Virus record (IMG/VR): IMGVR_UViG_3300010158_000027
Coordinates: 186,001-250,000 of that record
DNA length: 64,000 bases
Direction: 5' to 3' (one strand)
The translations under genes and the position numbers were made by a program. Below the pieces are notes generated by a model, which ran no database searches, was not told the DNA's origin, and saw nothing but the letters and a program-made list of their open reading frames with translations. How positions within the stretch are numbered: the stretch's first letter is position 1; the number at the start of each line of letters is the position of its first letter. Below are positions 1-10,241 of this stretch, piece by piece.

Positions 1-915
1 AGCGGTATACCGTCGTTAGGATTAAATGTTTCTCCACCTTTGGGGGTATGGACAGTGGATGGTAGTCCTCGAACTGTTAACGTAAGTGCTGGTAATTGTG
101 ATGATAAAATTGTTGTGAGACTACGAACGACTGACCCATCATGTAACGTAGCGTCTGACGGACTTATTCAGGTTGGTGGGGTTATTGGTGGAACGGCACC
201 ATATACGTATTCATTGGATAACATTGTGTACCAAACATCGATTATGTTTAATAATTTACCAGTTGGGAGTTATACTGTTTATGTGAAGGATATTATTGGC
301 AATATCGGAACGGCGATAGCGGTATTGACGGGAATAAGTACAATAACAACATATCAGATAAATTTATCTCTTATTAGTACTCAAACGTTAAACACAACAA
401 ACTACGCTCAAAAAATATATAATTGGGGTATTAACGTGACACCACCATTACCAGCAAACCGATCGGTGTCGTTTACGTTATATGATACTACATCAATGTC
501 TGCGGGTACCGCATCTAACGGATCACCCGTTTTGACATATTCTAACACAACTGGTACGACAGGGACAAGTCAGTTTGTTACGTCAACATTGACAACAACA
601 ACAAATAGTTATACGAACATACTTTGTCACCCTAATTATTATACAACAGGCATCACTCGAACGTATAATGTTAGTATATCGGGTACAGGTGTTGTTGGTG
701 GTCAGATATTACAAAAAGTACAAGTCGTTAATAATGGGGTAAAGTGTACGACTACTGGATCAATAAAGGATACGTTATCTATTGGTAATGTCGTTTTAAA
801 TAATCAACAAGTGTGTGAACAAATAAGTCCTTCAGTAACGCCAATTACCGTTGTTGTTGGAATGTCCGGAACCATAGCTTCCATAACCATAGGCACAGGT
901 AGTGCATCGATGTAA
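1..915 (+). CDS. Virion structural/tail-associated protein with SprB-like repeat, 5'-truncated by the window
   Basis: Frame is open from base 1; GGTAPYTYSLD..F.NLPVGSYTVYVKD resembles Bacteroidota SprB repeats; T/S/G/V-rich beta-type composition. Confidence 0.6.
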   Translation, partial: SGIPSLGLNVSPPLGVWTVDGSPRTVNVSAGNCDDKIVVRLRTTDPSCNVASDGLIQVGGVIGGTAPYTYSLDNIVYQTSIMFNNLPVGSYTVYVKDIIGNIGTAIAVLTGISTITTYQINLSLISTQTLNTTNYAQKIYNWGINVTPPLPANRSVSFTLYDTTSMSAGTASNGSPVLTYSNTTGTTGTSQFVTSTLTTTTNSYTNILCHPNYYTTGITRTYNVSISGTGVVGGQILQKVQVVNNGVKCTTTGSIKDTLSIGNVVLNNQQVCEQISPSVTPITVVVGMSGTIASITIGTGSASM

Positions 916-927
916 TATTTATAAAAT

Positions 928-3117
928 ATGTCATATATAATAAAAAACACAAGCGGATTAATAAATACAATTTTAACCGACGCCGCTAGGAAAAAGATAT
1001 CACAAGGTAAGTTCGATATCGCATATTTCCAAGTCGGAGATAGTGAGGTTAGCTATAATTCAATTACTAATCAGAATTATAACGATCTTAATGTTTTGAT
1101 GCCGCAATATAACGCGGATAATAACACACCCATACCCGAATTTAACCGATTAAACGTTAAGTACCCACTATTTGTTGACTCAACATCTGGAAGCACTTTT
1201 GGTATACCATATGATTCATCTTTTGTTGATAATATTTATAATTCCGCAGCACCTAGAGGGTTTTTCACGGGTAATACGACATATACCACATCGGCATATA
1301 CGATAAACCCTAATTTTATTGTGGGTAATGGTAATCTAAATTCGGGTAATACTTTAGTTATTTCGGCTAATACAATTGACGCGTCAGTATCAGGAACCGT
1401 AACTCCAGGTATGTTTGTGAATATATTAACAAATAATCCGACAAGTCCTTTAACAGGAAACACACCTATGTTTACCTATTTGGTGACGGGAATAACGGGG
1501 GATACGTCATCCGCAAATACGGTAACGATATCTGTCGATAGACAATTACCCAATTTACAATCTATGGGGTACACCGGAAATTCGTTTGTTGTGTTTTACC
1601 CATCAGGAATGACTGGACTATATGATACGGTAACACCACAACCATATTGGGCAACAAACGTTTTCAACTTTGAAACAAACTGTGACGTTTCACAAACGGA
1701 TGTTAAAGTTTGGAATATGAACATTCCTTGGACGGAATCACCAGCAGGAACATTTAACTCCGTAAATCAAGATTATAATTATTTTTCAGCATCAACATAT
1801 GTTGGAACAAAAGAGTATTTAGGATACGGTAGTAACGCAGGACAAATAGACACGGGTAGTGTGTATTTCAATAACTCATTTAATGAGAGTATTATTCTAA
1901 GTCCATCGGATCAAAAATCAATCGCAATTGTACACTATACGAATCAATCTATTGATAACTTTTATGGTGAAAAATTCGCACAACAAGAGTATGATCCTGC
2001 AAATCCTGGAGATACTGGACAAGCAAGAAATTTTAAAGTTGGGTTGCCATGGTTAATGTGGCATAAAAATCCAAACGGCATTATGGGTGAATATTTTTAT
2101 ACCGACCCAAGTGGGTTCACTATCGATTTATTTCAAACACATTATATTAAGTCTAAAAGAAGTGCTGACTTTAATAAACCAGGTATTAGATACTACAATT
2201 TATGGGATACAAACATAACCTCTAGTGGATACCCTAATAGGGTTGGTAAAGTTTTTCCTGACTTGAAGATGGTAGTTTTTGATGATGATGAAATCGTGGC
2301 AGCATTAAATTATAAGAGTAATCGTTCTTGGACTTTACCGGCACCAAAAGTGGGGCAAATCGTACCTAATGTGTGTGACGGAGTTTTGGGTGATGATGAG
2401 GGATTGTTGAGTGCAAATACTGAGTCAGTTTTTGTTACATATAGATTTAATAATAGTGCGTTTACGAATTCATTACATTGTAATTATTATAGTAAAGTCA
2501 CACCACAATTAGTTGATACGACGCAATTAACCTATAATGTATTTTTAAAGTTTGGAAACGAATTTAAATTTTTAAATTCACAAAACACTACAACACCAAC
2601 AGGGTTCACTGCCAATGAAATGAAAGTGTTAATACAAAAGGTAAGTAGCGGAACCACCAGACCATTACCGAATCAATGGAGAGAAATCAATGTGATGTCA
2701 CAACTGTCAGCAAGTACTACAAATGGGTTTTTAACTACTAGTGGGTTAACGGGTACAACGTTTCAAATAACGAAAGATATGTACGACACGGCACCTACAT
2801 ATCATTTATATGATTATATTAATCTACCAACACTTAATCAAAGTGGGTTAACTTTAAATTTTGGAGGGGAGTATTATTTTTATGGTACTTTACAAACGGA
2901 TATCCAAGCGACGATATATGTAATGAACTATCTATGTAATTTAGGACAAACACAATTTTTAACATCGTCTAACCCTACATGGGATGGAGTAACCAAACCA
3001 CACATCACTGAAGTAGCTCTTTACAATGCAGATAAAGAACTTATGGTTGTTTCTAAGATACAGTCCCCACAAAAAAGACAGGGGATACAACAGTATCCAG
3101 TTAAACTAGATTTTTAA
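928..3117 (+). CDS. Virion structural protein (baseplate/tail-associated)
   Basis: 729 aa, N/T-rich; C-terminal ITEVALYNADKELMVVSKIQSP resembles tail-collar/baseplate motifs; preceded by the TATTTAT motif. Confidence 0.55.
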   Translation: MSYIIKNTSGLINTILTDAARKKISQGKFDIAYFQVGDSEVSYNSITNQNYNDLNVLMPQYNADNNTPIPEFNRLNVKYPLFVDSTSGSTFGIPYDSSFVDNIYNSAAPRGFFTGNTTYTTSAYTINPNFIVGNGNLNSGNTLVISANTIDASVSGTVTPGMFVNILTNNPTSPLTGNTPMFTYLVTGITGDTSSANTVTISVDRQLPNLQSMGYTGNSFVVFYPSGMTGLYDTVTPQPYWATNVFNFETNCDVSQTDVKVWNMNIPWTESPAGTFNSVNQDYNYFSASTYVGTKEYLGYGSNAGQIDTGSVYFNNSFNESIILSPSDQKSIAIVHYTNQSIDNFYGEKFAQQEYDPANPGDTGQARNFKVGLPWLMWHKNPNGIMGEYFYTDPSGFTIDLFQTHYIKSKRSADFNKPGIRYYNLWDTNITSSGYPNRVGKVFPDLKMVVFDDDEIVAALNYKSNRSWTLPAPKVGQIVPNVCDGVLGDDEGLLSANTESVFVTYRFNNSAFTNSLHCNYYSKVTPQLVDTTQLTYNVFLKFGNEFKFLNSQNTTTPTGFTANEMKVLIQKVSSGTTRPLPNQWREINVMSQLSASTTNGFLTTSGLTGTTFQITKDMYDTAPTYHLYDYINLPTLNQSGLTLNFGGEYYFYGTLQTDIQATIYVMNYLCNLGQTQFLTSSNPTWDGVTKPHITEVALYNADKELMVVSKIQSPQKRQGIQQYPVKLDF

Positions 3118-3124
3118 TTTTTTT

Positions 3125-3730
3125 ATGAGTCAAAAACCCGATTTTAAAAACACACCAAAAGTTCTTGGATTAGACGTGTCAACTCGAACAATAGGTGTTG
3201 CAATTTTTGATATTCAAACGAAAGATTTGTTAGAATTAACACATTTTTCACCGGTAATTAAACCGAAACCTGAAGATAAAATCGAGGAGCTATTAATGAA
3301 AGTTGATGGGTTTGAAGAAAAATTAAAAGAGTATAAGAATTTAGGTATAACTAAAGTTGTGATAGAAGAACCACTTTTAAATTCAAATAATGTATGGACG
3401 GTGGGAATATTATTGAGATACAATTCAATGATAACTAAATCTATTTACGATATTTTAGGTATTGTACCAAATTACATATCTACATACAATTCAAGAAAAT
3501 TTGCTTGGCCCGATTTGGTACAACAAAACGATAAAGGGAAACATGTTTTATTTGGAGGACTACCAAAAGATATTGATAAAAAAGAGTTAATTTGGAAACA
3601 GGTTTCTGACAAAGAACCTCAAATCACATGGCTTTATACTAAAAACAATACACTTAAAAAGGAATGTTTTGATATGTCTGATTCCTACACCTGTGTTTTA
3701 GGATACATGAAACAAAATAAAATTTGGTAG
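3125..3730 (+). CDS. RuvC-like Holliday junction resolvase
   Basis: VLGLDVSTRTIGVAIFD, VVIEEP and C-terminal DMSDSY acidic residues fit the RNase H/RuvC pattern. Confidence 0.75.
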   Translation: MSQKPDFKNTPKVLGLDVSTRTIGVAIFDIQTKDLLELTHFSPVIKPKPEDKIEELLMKVDGFEEKLKEYKNLGITKVVIEEPLLNSNNVWTVGILLRYNSMITKSIYDILGIVPNYISTYNSRKFAWPDLVQQNDKGKHVLFGGLPKDIDKKELIWKQVSDKEPQITWLYTKNNTLKKECFDMSDSYTCVLGYMKQNKIW

Positions 3731-3792
3731 ATTTAGTTAATTAACCATCATTTTATTATTTTGTAATGTATTTATATATAAATTAAAATATT

Positions 3793-4194
3793 ATGAAAAG
3801 AATAATTAAATTAACAGAATCGGATTTAACAAGAATTGTTAGACGAGTAATTAAAGAACAAGAAAAGGGAGGTAATGATGAGGGAGGTAATGATGAGGGA
3901 GGTAATGATAGAGATTGGTGGTCTTTAGATCTTGCTCCGAAATTAAAACTCGCTGGATTTGTTTCAAAAACAGCCCCTAAATCTAATGTTCCATGTATTA
4001 ATAAGTGTTGTACTTATATGTATAAGGGAAACCATGACACAGGAACTAACGTACTTTTGAATTGTGGTAAAGGAAATACAGGTGGTGTTTGGACAATTGA
4101 AGTTTATAACCAAGGGGGGAAAAATTTGAAAAAATTCTCTGCGGGTCAAGATGGTGCAAGACAAGCGGTTAAATACGCACTTAGTTTAGGATAG
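3793..4194 (+). CDS. Late protein with 'LTESDL..IV.RVIKE' N-terminal leader
   Basis: Leader shared with 43365, 47772 and 49172; TATTTAT at 3769-3775. Confidence 0.7.
   Translation: MKRIIKLTESDLTRIVRRVIKEQEKGGNDEGGNDEGGNDRDWWSLDLAPKLKLAGFVSKTAPKSNVPCINKCCTYMYKGNHDTGTNVLLNCGKGNTGGVWTIEVYNQGGKNLKKFSAGQDGARQAVKYALSLG
3868..3909 (+). repeat. 15-bp tandem repeat (GGAGGTAATGATGAG x2.8) encoding GGNDE
   Basis: Directly visible, immediately after the leader peptide. Confidence 0.9.
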
Positions 4195-4214
4195 TAAATT
4201 TATTTAAAAATTAA

Positions 4215-4248
4215 AAAACCCCTCATCTCTAATACAGGTGGGGGTTTT
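4215..4248 (+). terminator. Intrinsic terminator (AATACAGG family)
   Basis: AAAACCCCTCA...TGGGGGTTTT hairpin with U-tract; near-copy at 49501. Confidence 0.8.
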
Positions 4249-4253
4249 ATTAT

Positions 4254-4282
4254 TTGACAAAACCACTCCATATGTTTATCTT
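4254..4282 (+). promoter_or_regulatory. TTGACA-N17-TATCTT promoter, 6 nt before the primase ATG
   Basis: Exact -35 hexamer with 17-nt spacer. Confidence 0.7.
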
Positions 4283-4288
4283 ATATGT

Positions 4289-5209
4289 ATGGATGATGAA
4301 TCACTATTAATCGATTTAATACTAACAATTTTTGGGGAACCAAAAAGTGTTAATGAATATTCTGGACAAATTTCAGTTGACTGTCCTGTATGTTCATACG
4401 ATATTAAAGGTTTATCGAAAACCGACGGAAAGGGAAATTTAGAAATAAATTACCAAAATCATATTTATAAATGTTGGTCGTGTAGTGAAACTCACGAAAC
4501 TCATGGACATCTAGGGAAGTTGATAGATAAGTTCGGGTCAAAGAAAGATAAAAAAACCTACAAGCTAATCCGACCGGACAAGTTTGAAAAAAAGGAAAAA
4601 GTATTTAAAGAGTTAGAACTACCAAAAGAGTATAAAAAGTTTGACGAAATACATCCCCTTCACATACCAAGAAAAGAGGCATTTAACTACCTTAAAAAAC
4701 GAGGAATAACCCAAGAGATTATTGATAAATATCAAATTGGGATTTGTATTGAAGGTGACTACGCTGGACGAATAATCGTGCCGTCATTTAATAAAAATGG
4801 GGAATTAAACTTTTTTGTTTCAAGATCATGGAATCCCAAATCGAGACTTAAATACAAAAACCCAGAAGCAGCTAAAGACTTTCTTATCTTTAATGAAAGC
4901 TTAATTGATTTTAAAAAGGATATCTACATTGTTGAGGGTGTGTTTGATTCGTTTTTCTTGGAGAATTCGATAGCGCTACTAGGTAAATACATCAATGACA
5001 ATATGTGGGAAAAACTCTACACTAAGGCAAAAAAAGATATTATCATTTGTCTCGATGGGGACGCATATGACGACGCCAAAAAACTATACGATAAACTAAA
5101 CGGGGGTGACTTATATAATCGAGTAAAACTCGTCAAACTACCAAAAGATAAGGATGTTTGTGATTTAAGAGGGGATATCACACCTTACTATATACAAGAA
5201 AAAGATTAA
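4289..5209 (+). CDS. dnaG: DNA primase (zinc finger + TOPRIM)
   Basis: CPVC...CWSC zinc finger; IYIVEGVFD and ICLDGDA TOPRIM motifs; start moved to ATG 4289. Confidence 0.85.
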   Translation: MDDESLLIDLILTIFGEPKSVNEYSGQISVDCPVCSYDIKGLSKTDGKGNLEINYQNHIYKCWSCSETHETHGHLGKLIDKFGSKKDKKTYKLIRPDKFEKKEKVFKELELPKEYKKFDEIHPLHIPRKEAFNYLKKRGITQEIIDKYQIGICIEGDYAGRIIVPSFNKNGELNFFVSRSWNPKSRLKYKNPEAAKDFLIFNESLIDFKKDIYIVEGVFDSFFLENSIALLGKYINDNMWEKLYTKAKKDIIICLDGDAYDDAKKLYDKLNGGDLYNRVKLVKLPKDKDVCDLRGDITPYYIQEKD

Positions 5210-5210
5210 C

Positions 5211-6038
5211 ATGATAGATTTAAAAATTATTGCAACTGAAATATTAGATATTTTAGAAAAAAGACGACAAGAGCTTGAACTTACATTTGTGGAGGACACA
5301 CATACCTATACGATGAAAAACTCCGAAGGTGAGTTAAAGAGTGATTGGCCGTCGGTTAGTAAAGTTATGACTTTATTTTACCCTAAGTTTGATTCAAAAG
5401 GGATTTCATTTAAGAAAGCAAAAGGTGACCCAATCGTACAGGAACAATTATTAGCTGAATGGAAAGCGGCTGCCGACTACTCAATAAACGTGGGGAGTCG
5501 AACTCACTATTTATTGGAGAAGATATCACTCGAACTATTTGGGATTGATAAAGAGGTTAGACAACCAATTTTTGACTGTGATTTTGATCAGATTTTACGT
5601 AGTGATTCTATGGTTTCAGCCGGGACTGACTTTTTAGAAACCATGAAAAAAAGGGGGGCAATATTATTAGATACGGAGTTAATTCTGGGGGATGATGAGT
5701 ATGGTTATACGGGGGCTCCCGATAAGGTGTGGATCATAATGAATAAGGAACAAACCGAGTTTGGGTTGGTTATAACGGATTATAAAACAAATAAACCAAA
5801 AAACTTCGAGGCAAGTTACTTCACCAAAAAAATGAAATATCCTTTCGAAAAGTTGGACGACACGGCTCTTGGACATTATTCAACACAATTACCGTTTTAT
5901 TGTAAATTATTGTTGAAGATGTTACAGGGATCTAAATATGAGAACATTAAAGTTTATGGGTGTATTATTGTGTTAGTTAAAGATAATGGAACATTCGAAG
6001 AATTCAGAATACCAAACAGATTCAACAAACCATATTAG
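5211..6038 (+). CDS. PD-(D/E)XK family exonuclease
   Basis: DTE...GAPDKVW...ITDYKT...HYSTQLPFY motif order. Confidence 0.75.
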   Translation: MIDLKIIATEILDILEKRRQELELTFVEDTHTYTMKNSEGELKSDWPSVSKVMTLFYPKFDSKGISFKKAKGDPIVQEQLLAEWKAAADYSINVGSRTHYLLEKISLELFGIDKEVRQPIFDCDFDQILRSDSMVSAGTDFLETMKKRGAILLDTELILGDDEYGYTGAPDKVWIIMNKEQTEFGLVITDYKTNKPKNFEASYFTKKMKYPFEKLDDTALGHYSTQLPFYCKLLLKMLQGSKYENIKVYGCIIVLVKDNGTFEEFRIPNRFNKPY

Positions 6039-6100
6039 ATATGGATATAACAAAATATCTAAAACATTTAACTTTTGTCGATATAAAGTGAAAAAAACGT

Positions 6101-6129
6101 TTGACAAAAAAAAACCAAATGATTATATT
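6101..6129 (+). promoter_or_regulatory. TTGACA-N17-TATATT promoter
   Basis: Exact -35 hexamer, 17-nt spacer, ATG 5 nt downstream. Confidence 0.7.
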
Positions 6130-6134
6130 TTAGT

Positions 6135-6224
6135 ATGACAAATGATTTAACAATTAATTGGTGGTATAATACCACCTTGGATAGTGGTACGGTAAAAATA
6201 AACGTTAATTATAATATATTATGA
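6135..6224 (+). CDS. 29-aa small ORF (MTNDLTINWWYNTT...)
   Basis: Starts right after the promoter; stop overlaps the next ATG (ATGA). Confidence 0.45.
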   Translation: MTNDLTINWWYNTTLDSGTVKINVNYNIL

Positions 6225-6475
6225 AACTAAGAATGGTTAAAACTTATAGTGTTTACCAACTTTATGACACGATGGAAATCAATAAAGAGGATTATCCTGA
6301 ACTTCAAGGGATGTCGGATGAAGATGCGATTTCATATTTGGATGAAAACATGTATGAATTTGAAATTAAAGGTAGTCAGGAAGGTTCGTTGGTAAATGAA
6401 TTTGAATTCAATCAAGAAATGCTTGAGGATGAAATTTTTGATGAAGAGTATGAACTAAAATTAATTAAAGAGTAA
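6221..6475 (+). CDS. Acidic hypothetical protein
   Basis: In operon, coupled start/stop. Confidence 0.6.
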   Translation: MKLRMVKTYSVYQLYDTMEINKEDYPELQGMSDEDAISYLDENMYEFEIKGSQEGSLVNEFEFNQEMLEDEIFDEEYELKLIKE

Positions 6476-6685
6476 ATGGACGATATTATTAAACCAAAAA
6501 TTAACATTAAGGAACAACCAACCGTTAGTTGTGAAAAATGTGAGTCTAAATTTTTTAAAGAAGTCGTGATGTTAAAAATAGTATCAAAAATTTTAACAGG
6601 TAGTCATGAAGATACTATAATACCATTCCCAACTTATATGTGTAACGAATGTGGACACGTTAATGTTGAATTTGAATTATTCTAA
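6476..6685 (+). CDS. Small zinc-ribbon protein
   Basis: CEKC...CNECG. Confidence 0.65.
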   Translation: MDDIIKPKINIKEQPTVSCEKCESKFFKEVVMLKIVSKILTGSHEDTIIPFPTYMCNECGHVNVEFELF

Positions 6686-6693
6686 ATTCCGAT

Positions 6694-6840
6694 ATGGAAA
6701 TTGGCAAAATGAAAATAACTGAAGCATTACCACACTTAAATGATGTGGCTCGAGCTTATGGTTTAAGGTTGAATAGAGTTAAGGAATTTAAAATGGCTAG
6801 ATTGATTTTAGTGAACTTATACGGTAGAGAATTATGTTAA
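6694..6840 (+). CDS. 48-aa small ORF
   Basis: Fills the gap between neighbours and overlaps the next start. Confidence 0.5.
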   Translation: MEIGKMKITEALPHLNDVARAYGLRLNRVKEFKMARLILVNLYGRELC

Positions 6841-7067
6841 CACACAAAGAATTTTACGTTTGGTTAGATGGGTATCTAACAGGTAAACTTGAGAATAAAC
6901 ACATCGATATTGTCCCGATAGTTGAAAAAATGGGGGAGGTAAGAGATGAGTTAGAAATTGATTGGGCTTCATTAAGAAGCAATAAAAAAACACCCCCATT
7001 TAACCCGGTAACAATGCCGTTTGGGGATAAGGATGATTTAGGTCATCCACCAAAAATTGTAATGTAA
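6834..7067 (+). CDS. Hypothetical protein
   Basis: In operon. Confidence 0.6.
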   Translation: MLTHKEFYVWLDGYLTGKLENKHIDIVPIVEKMGEVRDELEIDWASLRSNKKTPPFNPVTMPFGDKDDLGHPPKIVM

Positions 7068-7068
7068 T

Positions 7069-8070
7069 ATGAAATTAAAAGAATTTTTAGAAGTCGCCTT
7101 ATTAGGTAAAAAGGATAATCCAAATCAATATAATGAATCATTTGTTGATGAAACTTGTCTTTATGGTAATGAATTGGATAAATACAAAAACATCATTAAA
7201 GAATGTGATGAATTTGCTAAATGTGATTCGTTAGATATTTTAACAATGCCGTTGGTTAAGGGTAATGATGATAAAAGATACGCAGCTAACACTGTTAAAT
7301 TATCTGATTTAATGGAATTTAAAGGTAGATGTTATCTATTATCATTGGGGTTAACTCCTGAAATGTATGACCCAAGTCGATTGATTAAACCCGTTAAGAA
7401 TGGAGCGGCTATAGGACCTACTATATATGACCCAACTGATTTTACACCAAGAAAACATATCTTATTAACTTGGTCACCTGAAATGTCTCAAGATACCTCA
7501 AACGATAATGACGAGTTAACGTTAAGAGATGGTATGCATAAGCTATTAGATGATGTTTTAAACAATCCTGACGAATATAAAACTAAAGGACTTAGAAATG
7601 TTTTAGTGAGAGGTTTATTTGAAGTTATTGAAAATGATGATGACGTCGTAAGAAATGAATATGATGTTGATCTGACTAAAAATAAACCGGAGGAAGTGGG
7701 ATATACGGTTTTTTATTTAGAAACAAATGTTGTTAAACAAGGTGAGGTTAATTTAGAGATAAAAAGTAAAATTATACCACCCCATTTAAGACGACAATTT
7801 ATTGATGAGTACGGTGACAACCCAAGACTCATTACTTTAGAAATCATTGATGAGTTTTTAAGAGCACAAGAAGAAATCTCAATTAAAGGTAAACAATTAA
7901 TTAGTGAGACATTACGTGATGTGGATGAACCTATTAGTGAAACGTCATTGGATAGATTACGTCGTATATTAACAAAAAATAAAGAAGTTGAGGATCGGAT
8001 AAGTAAGTTTGAGAACTACGGCAGAAAAGTGAATTCGGATATGAAAAAATACAAACAAACTAAAAAATGA
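7069..8070 (+). CDS. Hypothetical protein, 333 aa
   Basis: Long ORF with tight coupling; no recognised motif. Confidence 0.7.
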   Translation: MKLKEFLEVALLGKKDNPNQYNESFVDETCLYGNELDKYKNIIKECDEFAKCDSLDILTMPLVKGNDDKRYAANTVKLSDLMEFKGRCYLLSLGLTPEMYDPSRLIKPVKNGAAIGPTIYDPTDFTPRKHILLTWSPEMSQDTSNDNDELTLRDGMHKLLDDVLNNPDEYKTKGLRNVLVRGLFEVIENDDDVVRNEYDVDLTKNKPEEVGYTVFYLETNVVKQGEVNLEIKSKIIPPHLRRQFIDEYGDNPRLITLEIIDEFLRAQEEISIKGKQLISETLRDVDEPISETSLDRLRRILTKNKEVEDRISKFENYGRKVNSDMKKYKQTKK

Positions 8071-8846
8071 TTAAAAAAATAGTACATTTTTCTGATTTAC
8101 ATATCAGACTATATAAGGATCACGACTTATATCGATCAATTTTGGAGTCCGCAATCGAACAATGGAAAGTATTATCACCTGACCGTATTGTCTTTACTGG
8201 TGATTTGGTACATTCCAAAAATCAGATGACACCAGAGTTAATTGAGTTTGTTGCTTGGATTTTAACTGAATGTGCTAATATCTCAAAAACTATCATTATA
8301 CCTGGAAATCACGACTTTTTGACCAATAATATTGAAAGATTGGACGCATTAACGCCAATTATTAATTCATTAAATAACTCAAATATTGTTTATTACAAAG
8401 ATAGAGGTGTTTATGAGGACGATAACGTTAGTTGGTGCGTTTACTCACAATATCAAGGAAATATCCCCCCCGACATTAGTGAAGCGAGGGGGATTAAAGT
8501 TGGTTTATTTCATGGTCCAATCGTTGGGTTAAAAACCGATCTTGGGTTTGAGTTCGGAGAAGAGGCATATGATATTGAAAAGTTTGATGGACTCGAAACC
8601 GTATTGTGTGGTGATATTCATAAACGAGCTGAGTTCCAAATTAAAGGGGGTAAAGGATATATGATAGGATCGACGATCCAGAACAACATTGGGGAAAGTG
8701 TCGGTAGACACGGTTATGGTGTGTACGATGTTGAAACTAAAGAGTATGGATATGTTGATTTGGACAACCCAAAACCATTTTTAAAGTTTGAAATAAAATC
8801 ATTTGAAGATATTGAACATGGAACCGAATTACTCAAAAATCTTTAA
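8067..8846 (+). CDS. sbcD: Mre11/SbcD-like metallophosphoesterase nuclease (nuclease domain only)
   Basis: HFSDLH, TGDLVH, PGNHD, LFHG and GDIHK motifs; SbcC-like gene nearby. Confidence 0.85.
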   Translation: MIKKIVHFSDLHIRLYKDHDLYRSILESAIEQWKVLSPDRIVFTGDLVHSKNQMTPELIEFVAWILTECANISKTIIIPGNHDFLTNNIERLDALTPIINSLNNSNIVYYKDRGVYEDDNVSWCVYSQYQGNIPPDISEARGIKVGLFHGPIVGLKTDLGFEFGEEAYDIEKFDGLETVLCGDIHKRAEFQIKGGKGYMIGSTIQNNIGESVGRHGYGVYDVETKEYGYVDLDNPKPFLKFEIKSFEDIEHGTELLKNL

Positions 8847-9612
8847 TAAAGTGACCCTCGATAGTGTCGATAGTTTTTGTAAACTAAACGGTATTGATGA
8901 TATTGAGAATTTCATTAAGGGGACGTTCAATGATGGGTTCAACATAAAAAAGTATGGACTATTAGGTAAAACACTTAATGATGGTGAAAAAGACTTAAAA
9001 ACGGGTGAAGTTGAAGAAAAACAAGTAATAAAGGAGGTGATTGTCGAAAAACGGGTGGAAGTTCCTGTTGAAGTGATTAAGGAAGTTGAAAAAATTGTTG
9101 AGGTTATTAAAGAGGTTACAGTTGATCGTATTGTTGAGGTAATTAAAGAGGTTCCGGTTGAAAAGGTGGTTATTAAAGAGATTATTAAAGAAGTGCCCAT
9201 TGAGAAAGTTGTCACAAAAATAGAATACATTAGTGACAAAGAATCTGAAAACGAGTTGTTGTTTAAAATACAACAACTTGAACAAACTGTTTTCCAGTTA
9301 AATGATGATTTGGAGTCAGAAAGGCAAGAATTTTCCACTAAAACCCAAGAAATGGCAAATCTTTTCCAGGATGACATATCTAAAAAGGATGAAAGTTTAG
9401 ACGAACTTAGACGGAGTTTAGATGTTAAACAAGACGACAACAAGTTAAAAATGTTACAAGACACCATCCAAACCCTTTCTTCGGAGGTTAGGGGACTTAA
9501 AAAGAAAAACGAAGATTTAGAGAATAAACTGTTAGATTTACCAAACCAACGTGGCGGGATTCCCGCCAAGTTTCATGGTGGTTCTAACCTAAACAATAAT
9601 TTATACAAATAA
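8818..9612 (+). CDS. Coiled-coil protein with V/I-K-E repeats
   Basis: EVIKEVEKIVEV-type repeats followed by a heptad region. Confidence 0.7.
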   Translation: MEPNYSKIFNKVTLDSVDSFCKLNGIDDIENFIKGTFNDGFNIKKYGLLGKTLNDGEKDLKTGEVEEKQVIKEVIVEKRVEVPVEVIKEVEKIVEVIKEVTVDRIVEVIKEVPVEKVVIKEIIKEVPIEKVVTKIEYISDKESENELLFKIQQLEQTVFQLNDDLESERQEFSTKTQEMANLFQDDISKKDESLDELRRSLDVKQDDNKLKMLQDTIQTLSSEVRGLKKKNEDLENKLLDLPNQRGGIPAKFHGGSNLNNNLYK

Positions 9613-9613
9613 C

Positions 9614-9964
9614 ATGAGTTTAATAATTTGGGCGGTAGTTGCCTATGGGATGACAAATATAATGGTTTACGGATCAATATTTAACGGATTAAGAGATAAA
9701 ATCCATAACTGGGGAGAAAATGATAACTCATTTTTTCAACCGATGGGACATTTTTTATCGGGATTAATTTCTTGTGTTTTATGCATGTCCACGTGGATTG
9801 GATTTTTTCTATCGATGTGTTATTTTTCACCAAATGCGGATATTATTGGACTTAATAAAGGATTATCCGTATTTTTTGATGGTATGTTATCTGCAGGTTT
9901 CGTATGGGGAATAAATGCTGTGATTGAATGGTTTGAGGAGAATAGACCGAGTAATAATAAATAA
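9614..9964 (+). CDS. Membrane protein (DUF1360-like)
   Basis: Three hydrophobic segments; SCVLCMSTWIG resembles the CxxCxxxW motif. Confidence 0.55.
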   Translation: MSLIIWAVVAYGMTNIMVYGSIFNGLRDKIHNWGENDNSFFQPMGHFLSGLISCVLCMSTWIGFFLSMCYFSPNADIIGLNKGLSVFFDGMLSAGFVWGINAVIEWFEENRPSNNK

Positions 9965-9976
9965 AATAAAAATAGA

Positions 9977-10231
9977 ATGGGAAAGGCATCAAAGGCTCAT
10001 AGAGCGAAAGTAGCAAAAAGAAACACCGACTTGAAAGTGAAAGAAAAAAGAACGCAAAAGATTTGGCAAGAGGCGTTCGAGGAACAAATGAATGTGATGA
10101 GAGAGAAATATGCATCAATGTCAGGAGAAACAATGATGGGGTTATTAGATGATGTGGAAACCTCAGAAGAACAAACAACCCAAGAAGATAACGAATCAGT
10201 TGAACCTACTCAAGAAGATCAAACCGTTTAA
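9977..10231 (+). CDS. Hypothetical protein (basic N-terminus, acidic C-terminus)
   Basis: In operon. Confidence 0.6.
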   Translation: MGKASKAHRAKVAKRNTDLKVKEKRTQKIWQEAFEEQMNVMREKYASMSGETMMGLLDDVETSEEQTTQEDNESVEPTQEDQTV

Positions 10232-10241
10232 TTAGTTTAAA

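Noticed and set aside
8829-9569. Long minus-strand ORFs (also 17484-17993, 39179-39706, 10514-10846, 27622-27954 and others)
   Set aside because: Antisense shadows of well-supported + strand genes, with S/F/L-rich mirror composition.
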